From Eledone cirrhosa (lineage: Eukaryota), in contig OZ024749.1 of assembly GCA_964016885.1 (NCBI GenBank), positions 19,592,001 to 19,656,000 on the forward strand: DNA of 64,000 nt, read 5' to 3'. The translations under genes and the position numbers were made by a program. This document shows positions 31,801-49,300 of this stretch, in pieces. Under the pieces are notes generated by a model. The model was not told where the DNA came from. It did no database searches and worked only from the letters and a program-made list of their open reading frames with translations. Numbering within the stretch: position 1 is the first letter of the stretch; the number at the start of each line of letters is the position of its first letter.

Positions 31801-34800
31801 TACACTATCTATACACCGTTAATGACTGTATTTACACTATCTATACACTGTTAATAACTGTATTTACACTATCTATACACTGTTAATGACTGTATTTACA
31901 CTATTTATATACTGTTAATAACTGTATTTACACTATCTATACACTGTTAATGACTGTATTTACACTATCTATACACTGTTAATGACTGTATTTACACTAT
32001 CTATACACTGTTAATAACTGTATTTACACTATCTATACATTGTTAATAACTATTTACACTATCTATACACTGTTAATGACTGTATTTACACTATCTATAC
32101 ACTGTTAATGACTGTATTTACACTATCTATACACTGTTAATAACTGTATTTACACTATCTATACATTGTTAATAACTGTATTTACACTATCTATACATTG
32201 TTAATGGCTGTATTTACACTATCTATACACTGTTAATGACTGTATTTACACTATCTATACACTGTAAATAACTGTATTTACATTATCTATACATTGTTAA
32301 TAACTGTATTTACACTATCTATACATTGTTAATGACTGTATTTACACTATCTATACACTGTTAATAACTGTATTTACACTATCTATACACTGTTAATAAC
32401 TGTATTTACACTATCTATACACTGTTAATGACTGTATTTACACTATCTATACGCTATTAATAACTGTATTGACACTATCTATACACTGTTAATGACTGTA
32501 TTTACACTATCTATACACTGTTAATAACTGTATTTACACTATCTATACACTGTTAATAACTGTATTTACACTATCTATACACTGTTAATGACTGTATTTA
32601 CACTATCTATGCACTGTTAATGACTGTATTTACACTATCTATACACTGTTAATGATTGTATTTACACTATCTATACACCATTAATGACTGTATTTACACT
32701 ATCTATACACTGTTAATAACTGTATTTACACTATCTATACACTGTTATTGACTGTATTTACACCAGCTATACATTGTTAATGACTGTATTTACACTATCT
32801 ATACACCGTTAATGACTGTATTTACATTATCTATACACTGTTAATGACTGTATTTATCCTATCTATACACCGTTAATGACTGTATTTACATTATCTATAC
32901 ACTGTTAATGATTGTATTTACACTATCTATACACTGTTAATGACTGCATTTACACTATCTATACACCGTTAATGACTGTATTTACACTATCTATACACTG
33001 TTAATAACTGTATTTACACTATCTATACACTGTTAATGACTGTATTTACACTATTTATATACTGTTAATAACTGTATTTACACTATCTATACACTGTTAA
33101 TGACTGTATTTACAATATCTATACACTGTTAATGACTGTATTTACACTATCTATACACTGTTAATAACTGTATTTACACTATCTATACATTGTTAATGAC
33201 TGTATTTACACTATCTATACACTGTTAATGACTGTATTTACACTATCTATACACTGTTAATAACTGTATTTACACTATCTATACACTGTTAATAACTGTA
33301 TTTACACTATCTATACACTGTTAATGACTGTATTTACACTATCTATACATTGTTAATGACTGTATTTACACTATCTATACACTGTTAATGTCTGTATTTA
33401 CACTATTTATACACTGTTAATAACTGTATTTACACTATCTATACACTGTTAATGACTGTATTTACACTATCTATACATTGTTAATGACTGTATTTACACT
33501 ATCTATACACTGTTAATAACTGTATTTACACTATCTATACACTGTTAATGACTGTATTTACACTATCTATACATTGTTAATGACTGTATTTATACTATCT
33601 ATACATTGTTAATGACTGTATTTACACTATCTATACACTGTTAATGACTGTATTTACACTATCCATACATTGTTAATGACTATTTACACTATCTATACAC
33701 TGTTAATGACTGTATTTACACTATTTATATACTGTTAATAACTGTATTTACACTATCTATACACTGTTAATGACTGTATTTACACTATCTATACACTGTT
33801 AATGACTGTATTTACACTATCTATACACTGTTAATAACTGTATTTACACTATCTATACATTGTTAATGACTGTATTTACACTATCTATACACTGTTAATG
33901 ACTGTATTTACACTATCTATACACTGTTAATGACTGTATTTACACTATCTATACACTGTTAATAACCGTATTTACACTATCTATACACTGTTAATAACTG
34001 TATTTACACTATCTATACACTGTTAATGACTGTATTTACACTATCTATACATTGTTAATGACTGTATTTACACTATCTATACACTGTTAATGTCTGTATT
34101 TACACTATTTATACACTGTTAATAACTGTATTTACACTATCTATACACTGTTAATGACTGTATTTACACTATCTATACACTGTTAATGACTGTATTTACA
34201 CTATCTATACACTGTTAATGACTGTATTTACACTATCTATACACTGTTAATGACTGTATTTACACTATCTATACATTGTTAATGGCTGTATTTACACTAT
34301 CTATACACTGTTAATGACTGTATTTACACTATCTATACACTGTTAATGACTGTATTTACACTATCTATACATTGTTAATGACTGTATTTACACTATCTAT
34401 ACACTATTAATGACTGTATTTACACTATCTATACACTGTTAATGACTGTATTTACGCTATCTATACACTGTTAATGACTGTATTTACACTATCTATACAC
34501 TGTTAATGACTGTATTTACACTATCTATACACTGTTAATGACTGTACTTACACTATCTATACACTGTTAATGACTGTATTTACACTATCTATACACTGTT
34601 AATGACCGTATTTACACTATCTATACACTGTTAATAACTGTATTTACACTATTTATACACTGTTAATAACTGTATTTATACTATCTATACACTGTTAATG
34701 ACTGTATTTACACTATCTATACACTGTTAATGACTGTATTTACACTATCTATACACTGTTAATGACTGTATTTACACTATCTATACACCGTTAATGACTG

Positions 34801-36250
34801 TATTTACATTATCTATACACTGTTAATGACTGTATTTACACTATCTATACACCGTTAATGACTGTATTTACATTATCTATACACTGTTAATGACTGTATT
34901 TACACTATCTATACACTGTTAATGACTGTATTTACACTATCTATACACTGTTAATGACTGTATTTACACTATCTATACACTGTTAATAACTGTATTTACA
35001 CTGTTAATAACTGTATTTACACTGTTAATGACTGTATTTACACTATCTATACATTGTTAATGACTGTATTTACACTATCTATACACTGTTAATGACTGTA
35101 TTTACACTATCTATACACTGTTAATGACTGTATTTACACTATCTATACACTGTTAATGACTGTATTTACACTATCTATACACTGTTAATGACTGTATTTA
35201 CACTATCTATAGATTGTTAATGACTGTATTTACACTATCTATACACTGTTAATGACTGTATTTACACTATCTATAGATTGTTAATGACTGTATTTACACT
35301 ATCTATACACTGTTAATGACTGTATTTACACTATCTATAGACTGTTAATGACTGTATTTACACTATCTATACACTGTTAATGACTGTATTTACACTATCT
35401 ATACACTGTTAATGACTGTATTTACACTATCTATACATTGTTAATGACTGTATTTACACTATCTATACACTATTAATGACTGTATTTACGCTATCTATAC
35501 ACTGTTAATGACTGTATTTACACTATCTATACACTGTTAATGACTGTATTTACACTATCTATACACTATTAATGACTGTATTTACACAATCTATACATTG
35601 TTAATGACTGTATTTACACTATCTATACACTGTTAATGACTGTATTTACACTATCTATACACTGTTAATGACTGTATTTACACCATCTATACACTGTTAA
35701 TGACTGTATTTACACTATCTATACACTGTTAATGACTGTATTTACACTATCTATACACTGTTAATGACTGTATTTACACTATCTATACACTGTTAATGAC
35801 TGTATTTACACTATCTATACACTGTTAATGACTGTATTAACATTATCTATACACTGTTAATGACTGTATTTACACTATCTATACACCGTTAATGACTGTA
35901 TTTACACTATCTATACACCGTTAATGACTGTATTTACACTATCTATACACTGTTAATAACTGTATTTACACTATCTATACACCGTTAATGACTGTATTTA
36001 CACTATCTATACACTGTTAATAACTGTATTTACACTATCTATACACTGTTAATGACTGTATTTACACTATTTATATACTGTTAATAACTGTATTTACACT
36101 ATCTATACACTGTTAATGACTGTATTTACACTATCTATACACTGTTAATGACTGTATTTACACTATCTATACACTGTTAATAACTGTATTTACACTATCT
36201 ATACATTGTTAATAACTATTTACACTATCTATACACTGTTAATGACTGTA
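28900..36250. repeat. Duplicated block ~28.9-31.15 kb vs ~34.0-36.25 kb (offset 5124/5092)
   Basis: Shared markers are TACTTAC (29421/34545), the 21-mer pair (29887/34979), paired TAGATTG variants and TACACAAT (30491/35583). Confidence 0.8.
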
Positions 36251-38540
36251 TTTACACTATCTATACACTGTTAATGACTGTATTTACACTATCTATACAC
36301 TGTTAATAACTGTATTTACACTATCTATACATTGTTAATGACTGTATTTACGCTATCTATACACTGTTAATGACTGTATTTACACTATCTATACACTGTT
36401 AATGACTGTATTTACACTATCTATACACTGTTAATGACTGTACTTACACTATCTATACACTGTTAATGACTGTATTTACACTATCTATACACTGTTAATG
36501 ACCGTATTTACACTATCTATACACTGTTAATAACTGTATTTACACTATTTATACACTGTTAATAACTGTATTTATACTATCTATACACTGTTAATGACTG
36601 TATTTACACTATCTATACACTGTTAATGACTGTATTTACACTATCTATACACTGTTAATGACTGTATTTACACTATCTATACACCGTTAATGACTGTATT
36701 TACATTATCTATACACTGTTAATGACTGTATTTACACTATCTATACACCGTTAATGACTGTATTTACATTATCTATACACTGTTAATGACTGTATTTATC
36801 CTATCTATACACCGTTAATGACTGTATTTACATTATCTATACACTGTTAATGACTGTATTTACACTATCTATACACTGTTAATGACTGTATTTACACTAT
36901 CTATACACCGTTAATGACTGTATTTACACTATCTATACACTGTTAATAACTGTATTTACACTATCTATACACTGTTAATGACTGTATTTACACTATTTAT
37001 ATACTGTTAATAACTGTATTTACACTATCTATACACTGTTAATGACTGTATTTACACTATCTATACACTGTTAATGACTGTATTTACACTATCTATACAC
37101 TGTTAATAACTGTATTTACACTATCTATACATTGTTAATAACTATTTACACTATCTATACACTGTTAATGACTGTATTTACACTATCTATACACTGTTAA
37201 TGACTGTATTTACACTATCTATACACTGTTAATAACTGTATTTACACTATCTATACATTGTTAATAACTGTATTTACACTATCTATACATTGTTAATGGC
37301 TGTATTTACACTATCTATACACTGTTAATGACTGTATTTACACTATCTATACACTGTAAATAACTGTATTTACACTATCTATACATTGTTAATAACTGTA
37401 TTTACACTATCTATACATCGTTAATGACTGTATTTACACTATCTATACATTGTTAATAACTGTATTTACACTATCTATACACTGTTAATAACTGTATTTA
37501 CACTATCTATACACTGTTAATGACTGTATTTACACTATCTATACACTATTAATAACTGTATTTACACTATCTATACACTGTTAATGACTGTATTTACACT
37601 ATCTATACACTGTTAATAACTGTATTTACACTATCTATACACTGTTAATGACTGTATTTACACTATCTATACACTGTTAATGACTGTATTTACACTATCT
37701 ATACACTGTTAATGACTGTATTTACACTATCTATACACTGTTAATGACTGTATTTATCCTATCTATACACCGTTAATGACTGTATTTACATTATCTATAC
37801 ACTGTTAATGATTGTATTTACACTATCTATACACTGTTAATGACTGCATTTACACTATCTATACACCGTTAATGACTGTATTTACACTATCTATACACTG
37901 TTAATAACTGTATTTACACTATCTATACACTGTTAATGACTGTATTTACACTATTTATATACTGTTAATAACTGTATTTACACTATCTATACACTGTTAA
38001 TGACTGTATTTACACTATCTATACACTGTTAATGACTGTATTTACACTATCTATACACTGTTAATAACTGTATTTACACTATCTATACATTGTTAATAAC
38101 TGTATTTACACTATCTATACACTGTTAATGTCTGTATTTACACTATTTATACACTGTTAATAACTGTATTTACACTATCTATACACTGTTAATGACTGTA
38201 TTTACACTATCTATACACTGTTAATGACTGTATTTACACTATCTATACACTGTTAATGACTGTATTTACACTATCTATACACTGTTAATGACTGTATTTA
38301 CATTATCTATACACTGTTAATGACTGTATTTACACTATCTATACAATGTTAATGACTGTATTTACACTCTCTATACATTGTTAATGACTGTATTTACACT
38401 ATCTATACATTGTTAATGACTGTATTTACACTATCTATACACTGTTAATAACTGTATTTACACTATCTATACACTGTTAATAACTGTATTTACACTATCT
38501 ATACACTGTTAATGACTGTATTTACACTATCTATACACTA

Positions 38541-41500
38541 TTAATAACTGTATTTACACTATCTATACACTGTTAATGACTGTATTTACACTATCTATAC
38601 ACTGTTAATAACTGTATTTACACTATCTATACACTGTTAATAACTGTATTTACACTATCTATACGTTGTTAATGACTGTATTTACACTATCTATACACTG
38701 TTAATGACTGTATTTACACTATCTATACACTGTTAATGACTGTATTTACACTATCTATGCACTGTTAATGACTGTATTTACACTATCTATACACTGTTAA
38801 TGATTGTATTTACACTATCTATACACCGTTAATGACTGTATTTACACTATCTATACACTGTTAATAACTGTATTTACACTATCTATACACTGTTATTGAC
38901 TGTATTTACACCAGCTATACATTGTTAATGACTGTATTTACACTATCTATACACCGTTAATGACTGTATTTACATTATCTATACACTGTTAATGACTGTA
39001 TTTATCCTATCTATACACCGTTAATGACTGTATTTACATTATCTATACACTGTTAATGATTGTATTTACACTATCTATACACTGTTAATGACTGCATTCA
39101 CACTATCTATACACCGTTAATGACTGTATTTACACTATCTATACACTGTTAATAACTGTATTTACACTATCTATACACTGTTAATGACTGTATTTACACT
39201 ATTTATATACTGTTAATAACTGTATTTACACTATCTATACACTGTTAATGACTGTATTTACACTATCTATACACTGTTAATGACTGTATTTACACTATCT
39301 ATACACTGTTAATAACTGTATTTACACTATCTATACATTGTTAATGACTGTATTTACACTATCTATACACTGTTAATGACTGTATTTACACTATCTATAC
39401 ACTGTTAATGACTGTATTTACACTATCTATACACTGTTAATAACTGTATTTACACTATCTATACACTGTTAATAACTGTATTTACACTATCTATACACTG
39501 TTAATGACTGTATTTACACTATCTATACATTGTTAATGACTGTATTTACACTATCTATACACTGTTAATGTCTGTATTTACACTATTTATACACTGTTAA
39601 TAACTGTATTTACACTATCTATACACTGTTAATGACTGTATTTACACTATCTATACACTGTTAATGACTGTATTTACACTATCTATACACTGTTAATGAC
39701 TGTATTTACACTATCTATACACTGTTAATGACTGTATTTACATTATCTATACACTGTTAATGACTGTATTTACACTATCTATACACTGTTAATGACTGTA
39801 TTTACACTATCTATACATTGTTAATGACTGTATTTACACTATCTATACACTGTTAATGACTGTACTTACACTATCTATACACTGTTAATGACTGTATTTA
39901 CACTATCTATACACCGTTAATGACTGTATTTACATTATCTATACACTGTTAATGACTGTACTTACACTATCTATACACCGTTAATGACTGTATTTACATT
40001 ATCTATACACTGTTAATGACTGTATTTACACTATCTATACACTGTAAATAACTGTATTTACACTATCTATACATTGTTAATAACTGTATTTACACTATCT
40101 ATACACTGTTAATGACTGTATTTACACTATCTATGCACTGTTAATGACTGTATTTACACTATCTATACACTGTTAATGACTGTATTTACACTATCTATAC
40201 ATTGTTAATGACTGTATTTACACTATCTATACACTGTTAATGACTGTATTTACACTATCTATACACTGTTAATGACTGTATTTACACTATCTATACACCG
40301 TTAATGACTGTATTTACGCTATCTATACACTGTTAATGACTGTATTAACATTATCTATACACTGTTAATGACTGTATTTACACTAACTATACACTGTTAA
40401 TGACTGTATTTACACTATCTATACACTGTTAATAACTGTATTTACACTATCTATACATTGTTAATAACTGTATTTACACTATCTATACACTGTTAATGAC
40501 TGTATTTACACTATCTATACACTGTTAATGACTGTATTTACACTATCTATACACTGTTAATAACTGTATTTACACTATCTATACATTGTTAATAACTGTA
40601 TTTACACTATCTATACATTGTTAATGACTGTATTTACACTATCTATACACTGTTAATGACTGTATTTACACTATCTATACACTGTAAATAACTGTATTTA
40701 CACTATCTATACATTGTTAATAACTGTATTTACACTATCTATACACTGTTAATGTCTGTATTTACACTATCTATTCACTGTTAATGACTGTATTTACACT
40801 ATCTATACACCGTTAATGACTGTATTTACACTATCTATACACTGTTAATGACTGTATTAACATTATCCATACACTGTTAATGACTGTATTTACACTATCT
40901 ATACATTGTTAATGACTGTATTTACACTATCTATACACTGTTAATGACTGTATTTACACTATCTATACACCGTTAATGACTGTATTTACACTCTCTATAC
41001 ATTGTTAATGACTGTATTTACACTATCTATACACTGTTAATAACTGTATTTACACTATCTATACACTGTTAATAACTGTATTTACACTATCTATACACTG
41101 TTAATGACTGTATTTACACTATCTATACACTGTTAATAACTGTATTTACACTATCTATACACTGTTAATAACTGTATTTACACTATCTATACGTTGTTAA
41201 TGACTGTATTTACACTATCTATACACTGTTAATGACTGTATTTACACTATCTATACACTGTTAATGACTGTATTTACACTATCTATGCACTGTTAATGAC
41301 TGTATTTACACTATCTATACACTGTTAATGATTGTATTTACACTATCTATACACCGTTAATGACTGTATTTACACTATCTATACACTGTTAATAACTGTA
41401 TTTACACTATCTATACACTGTTATTGACTGTATTTACACCAGCTATACATTGTTAATGACTGTATTTACACTATCTATACACCGTTAATGACTGTATTTA

Positions 41501-43520
41501 CATTATCTATACACTGTTAATGACTGTATTTATCCTATCTATACACCGTTAATGACTGTATTTACATTATCTATACACTGTTAATGATTGTATTTACACT
41601 ATCTATACACTGTTAATGACTGCATTCACACTATCTATACACCGTTAATGACTGTATTTACACTATCTATACACTGTTAATAACTGTATTTACACTATCT
41701 ATACACTGTTAATGACTGTATTTACACTATTTATATACTGTTAATAACTGTATTTACACTATCTATACACTGTTAATGACTGTATTTACACTATCTATAC
41801 ACTGTTAATGACTGTATTTACACTATCTATACACTGTTAATAACTGTATTTACACTATCTATACATTGTTAATGACTGTATTTACACTATCTATACACTG
41901 TTAATGACTGTATTTACACTATCTATACACTGTTAATGACTGTATTTACACTATCTATACACTGTTAATAACTGTATTTACACTATCTATACACTGTTAA
42001 TAACTGTATTTACACTATCTATACACTGTTAATGACTGTATTTACACTATCTATACATTGTTAATGACTGTATTTACACTATCTATACACTGTTAATGTC
42101 TGTATTTACACTATTTATACACTGTTAATAACTGTATTTACACTATCTATACACTGTTAATGACTGTATTTACACTATCTATACACTGTTAATGACTGTA
42201 TTTACACTATCTATACACTGTTAATGACTGTATTTACACTATCTATACACTGTTAATGACTGTATTTACATTATCTATACACTGTTAATGACTGTATTTA
42301 CACTATCTATACACTGTTAATGACTGTATTTACACTATCTATACATTGTTAATGACTGTATTTACACTATCTATACACTGTTAATGACTGTACTTACACT
42401 ATCTATACACTGTTAATGACTGTATTTACACTATCTATACACCGTTAATGACTGTATTTACATTATCTATACACTGTTAATGACTGTACTTACACTATCT
42501 ATACACCGTTAATGACTGTATTTACATTATCTATACACTGTTAATGACTGTATTTACACTATCTATACACTGTAAATAACTGTATTTACACTATCTATAC
42601 ATTGTTAATAACTGTATTTACACTATCTATACACTGTTAATGACTGTATTTACACTATCTATGCACTGTTAATGACTGTATTTACACTATCTATACACTG
42701 TTAATGACTGTATTTACACTATCTATACATTGTTAATGACTGTATTTACACTATCTATACACTGTTAATGACTGTATTTACACTATCTATACACTGTTAA
42801 TGACTGTATTTACACTATCTATACACCGTTAATGACTGTATTTACGCTATCTATACACTGTTAATGACTGTATTAACATTATCTATACACTGTTAATGAC
42901 TGTATTTACACTAACTATACACTGTTAATGACTGTATTTACACTATCTATACACTGTTAATAACTGTATTTACACTATCTATACATTGTTAATAACTGTA
43001 TTTACACTATCTATACACTGTTAATGACTGTATTTACACTATCTATACACTGTTAATGACTGTATTTACACTATCTATACACTGTTAATAACTGTATTTA
43101 CACTATCTATACATTGTTAATAACTGTATTTACACTATCTATACATTGTTAATGACTGTATTTACACTATCTATACACTGTTAATGACTGTATTTACACT
43201 ATCTATACACTGTAAATAACTGTATTTACACTATCTATACATTGTTAATAACTGTATTTACACTATCTATACACTGTTAATGTCTGTATTTACACTATCT
43301 ATTCACTGTTAATGACTGTATTTACACTATCTATACACCGTTAATGACTGTATTTACACTATCTATACACTGTTAATGACTGTATTAACATTATCCATAC
43401 ACTGTTAATGACTGTATTTACACTATCTATACATTGTTAATGACTGTATTTACACTATCTATACACTGTTAATGACTGTATTTACACTATCTATACACCG
43501 TTAATGACTGTATTTACACT
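38541..43520. repeat. Near-perfect tandem duplication with offset 2528 (79 monomers)
   Basis: TGCATTCA (39093/41621), CTATTCAC (40771/43299), CATTATCC (40861/43389) and TTATTG (38893/41421) all sit at offset 2528. Confidence 0.9.
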
Positions 43521-46399
43521 ATCTATACACTGTTAATGACTGTATTAACATTATCTATACACTGTTAATGACTGTATTTACACTATCTATACATTGTTAA
43601 TGACTGTATTTACACTATCTATACACTGTTAATGACTGTATTTACACTATCTATACATTGTTAATGACTGTATTTACACTATCTATACACTGTTAATGAC
43701 TGTATTTACACTATCTATACACTGTTAATGACTGTATTTACACTATCTATACACTGTTAATGACTGTATTTACACTATCTATACACTGTTAATGACTGTA
43801 TTTACACTATCTATACACTGTTAATGACTGTATTTACACTATCTATACACTGTTAATGACTGTATTTACACTATCTATACACTGTTAATGACTGTATTTA
43901 CACTATCTATACATTGTTAATGACTGTATTTACACTATCTATACACCGTTAATGACTGTATTTACACTATCTATACACTGTTAATGACTGTATTTAGACT
44001 ATTTATACACCGTTAATGCCTGTATTTACACTATCTATACACTGTTAATGACTGTATTTACACTATCTATACACTGTTAATGACTGTATTTACACTATCT
44101 ATACACTGTTAATGACTGTATTTACACTATCTATACACTGTTAATGACTGTATTTACACTATCTATACACTGTTAATGACTGTATTTACACTATCTATAC
44201 ACTGTTAATGACTGTATTAACATTATCTATACACTGTTAATGACTGTATTTACACTATCTATACACCGTTAATGACTGTATTTACACTATCTATACACTG
44301 TTAATGACTGTATTTACACTATCTATACACCGTTAATGACTGTTGTTAATAACTGTATTTACACTATCTATACACTGTTATTGACTGTATTTACACCATC
44401 TATACATTGTTAATGACTGTATTTACACTATCTATACACCGTTAATGACTGTATTTACATTATCTATACACTGTTAATGACTGTATTTATCCTATCTATA
44501 CACCGTTAATGACTGTATTTACATTATCTATACACTGTTAATGACTGGATTTACACTATCTATACACTGTTAATGACTGCATTTACACTATCTATACACT
44601 GTTAATGACTGTATTTACACTATCTATACACTGTTAATGACTGTATTTACACTATCTATACACTGTTAATAACTGTATTTACACTATCTATACACTGTTA
44701 ATAACTGTATTTACACTATCTATACACTGTTAATGACTGTATTTACACTATCTATACATTGTTAATGACTGTATTTACACTATCTATACACTGTTAATGT
44801 CTGTATTTACACTATTTATACACTGTTAATGACTGTATTTACACTATCTATACATTGTTAATGACTGTATTTACACTATCTATACACTGTTAATGACTGT
44901 ATTTACACTATTTATATACTGTTAATAACTGTATTTACACTATCTATACACTTTTAATGACTGTATTTACACTATCTATACACTGTTAATGACTGTATTT
45001 ACACTATCTATACACTGTTAATAACTGTATTTACACTATCTATACATTGTTAATGACTGTATTTACACTATCTATACACTGTTAATGACTGTATTTACAC
45101 TATCTATACACTGTTAATGACTGTATTTACACTATCTATACACTGTTAATAACTGTATTTACACTATCTATACACTGTTAATAACTGTATTTACACTATC
45201 TATACACTGTTAATGACTGTATTTACACTATCTATACATTGTTAATGACTGTATTTACACTATCTATACACTGTTAATGTCTGTATTTTCACTATTTATA
45301 CACTGTTAATAACTGTATTTACACTATCTATACACTGTTAATGACTGTATTTACACTATCTATATACTGTTAATGACTGTATTTACACTATCTATACACT
45401 GTTAATGACTGTATTTACACTATCTATACACTGTTAATGACTGTATTTACACTATCTATACATTGTTAATGACTGTATTTACACTATCTATACACTGTTA
45501 ATGACTGTATTTACACTATCTATACACTGTTAATGACTGTATTTACACTATCTATACACTGTTAATGACTGTATTTACACTATCTATACACTGTTAATGA
45601 CTGTATATACACTATCTATACACTGTTAATGACTGTATTTACACTATCTATACACCGTTAATGACTGTATTTACACTATCTATACACCGTTAATGACTGT
45701 ATTTACACTATCTATACACTATTAATGACTGTATTTACACTATCTATACACTGTTAATGACTGTATTTACACTATCTATACACCGTTAATGACTGTATTT
45801 ACACTATCTATACACCGTTAATGACTGTATTTACACTATCTATAAACCGTTAATGACTGTATTTACACTATCTATACATTGTTAATGACTGTATTTACAC
45901 TATCTATACACTGTTAATGACTATATTTACACTATCTATACACTGTTAATAACTGTATTTACACTATCTATACACTGTTAATGACTGTATTTACACTATC
46001 TATACATTGTTAATGACTGTATTTACACTATCTATACACTGTTAATGACTGTATTTACACTATCTATACACTGTTAATGACTGTATTAACATTATCTATA
46101 CACTGTTAATGACTGTATTTACACTATCTATACACCGTTAATGACTGTATTTACACTATCTATACACCGTTAATGACTGTATTTACACTATCTATACACC
46201 GTTAATGACTGTATTTACACTATCTATACACTGTTAATGACTATATTTACACTATCTATACACTGTTAATAACTGTATTTACACTATCTATACACTGTTA
46301 ATGACTGTATTTACACTATCTATACATTGTTAATGACTGTATTTACACTATCTATACACTGTTAATGACTGTATTTACACTATCTATACACTGTTAATG

Positions 46400-49300
46400 A
46401 CTGTATTAACATTATCTATACACTGTTAATGACTGTATTTACACTATCTATACACTGTTAATGACTGTCTTTACACTATCTATACACTGTTAATGACTGT
46501 ATTTACACAATCTATACATTGTTAATGACTGTATTTACACTATCTATACACTGTTAATGACTGTATTTACAGTATCTATACACTGTTAATGACTGTATTT
46601 ACACTATCTATACACTGTTAATGACTGTATTTACACTATCTATACACTGTTAATGACTGTATTTACACTATCTATACACTGTTAATGACTGTATTTACAC
46701 TAACTATACACTGTTAATGACTGTATTTACACTATCTATACACTGTTAATAACTGTATTTACACTATCTATACATTGTTAATAACTGTATTTACACTATC
46801 TATACACTGTTAATGACTGTATTTACACTATCTATACACTGTTAATGACTGTATTTACACTATCTATACACTGTTAATAACTGTATTTACACTATCTATA
46901 CATTGTTAATAACTGTATTTACACTATCTATACATTGTTAATGACTGTATTTACACTATCTATACACTGTTAATGACTGTATTTACACTATCTATACACT
47001 GTAAATAACTGTATTTACACTATCTATACATTGTTAATAACTGTATTTACACTATCTATACACTGTTAATGTCTGTATTTACACTATCTATTCACTGTTA
47101 ATGACTGTATTTACACTATCTATACACCGTTAATGACTGTATTTACACTATCTATACACTGTTAATGACTGTATTAACATTATCTATACACTGTTAATGA
47201 CTGTATTTACACTATCTATACATTGTTAATGACTGTATTTACACTATCTATACACTGTTAATGACTGTATTTACACTATCTATACACCGTTAATGACTGT
47301 ATTTACACTATCTATACACTGTTAATGACTGTATTAACATTATCTATACACTGTTAATGACTGTATTTACACTATCTATACATTGTTAATGACTGTATTT
47401 ACACTATCTATACACTGTTAATGACTGTATTTACACTATCTATACATTGTTAATGACTGTATTTACACTATCTATACACTGTTAATGACTGTATTTACAC
47501 TATCTATACACTGTTAATGACTGTATTTACACTATCTATACACTGTTAATGACTGTATTTACACTATCTATACACTGTTAATGACTGTATTTACACTATC
47601 TATACACTGTTAATGACTGTATTTACACTATCTATACACTGTTAATGACTGTATTTACACTATCTATACACTGTTAATGACTGTATTTACACTATCTATA
47701 CACTGTTAATGACTGTATTTACACTATCTATACATTGTTAATGACTGTATTTACACTATCTATACACCGTTAATGACTGTATTTACACTATCTATACACT
47801 TTTAATGACTGTATTTAGACTATTTATACACCGTTAATGCCTGTATTTACACTATCTATACACTGTTAATGACTGTATTTACACTATCTATACACTGTTA
47901 ATGACTGTATTTACACTATCTATACACTGTTAATGACTGTATTTACACTATCTATACACTGTTAATGACTGTATTTACACTATCTATACATCGTTAATGA
48001 CTGTATTTACACTATCTATACACTGTTAATGACTGTATTAACATTATCTATACACTGTTAATGACTGTATTTACACTATCTATACACCGTTAATGACTGT
48101 ATTTACACTATCTATACACTGTTAATGACTGTATTTACACTATCTATACACCGTTAATGACTGTATTTACACTATCTATACACTGTTAATAACTGTATTT
48201 ACACTATCTATACACTGTTATTGACTGTATTTACACCATCTATACATTGTTAATGACTGTATTTACACTATCTATACACCGTTAATGACTGTATTTACAT
48301 TATCTATACACTGTTAATGACTGTATTTATCCTGTCTATACACCGTTAATGACTGTATTTACATTATCTATACACTGTTAATGACTGGATTTACACTATC
48401 TATACACTGTTAATGACTGCATTTACACTATCTATACACCGTTAATGACTGTATTTACACTATCTATACACTGTTAATGACTGTATTTACACTATCTATA
48501 CACCGTTAATGACTGTATTTACACTATATATACACCGTTAATGACTGTATTTACACTATCTATACACCGTTAATGACTGTACTTACACTATCTATACACC
48601 GTTAATGACTGTACTTACACTATCTATACACCGTTAATGACTGTATTTACACTATCTATACACTGTTAATGACTGTATTTACGCTATCTATACACTGTTA
48701 ATGACTGTATTTACACTATCTATACACCGTTAATGACTGTATTTACACTATCTATACACCGTTAATGACTGTATTTACACTATCTATACACTGTTAATGA
48801 CTGTATTTACACTATCTATACACCGTTAATGACTGTATTTACACTATCTATACACCGTTAATGACTGTATTTACACTATCTATACACCGTTAATGACTGT
48901 ATTTACACTATCTATACACCTTTAATGACTGTATTTACACTATCTATACATTGTTAATGACTGTATTTACACTATCTACACACTGTTAATGACTATATTT
49001 ACACTATCTATACACTGTTAATGACTGTATTTACACTATCTATACACTGTTAATGACTGTATTTACACTATCTATACACTGTTAATGACTGTATTTACAC
49101 TATCTATACATTGTTAATGACTGTATTTACACTATCTATACACTGTTAATGACTGTATTTACACTATCTATACACTGTTAATGACTGTATTTACACTATC
49201 TATACACTGTTAATGACTGTATTTACACCATCTATACACTGTTAATGACTGTATTTACACTATCTATACACTATTAATGACTGTATTTACACTATCTATA

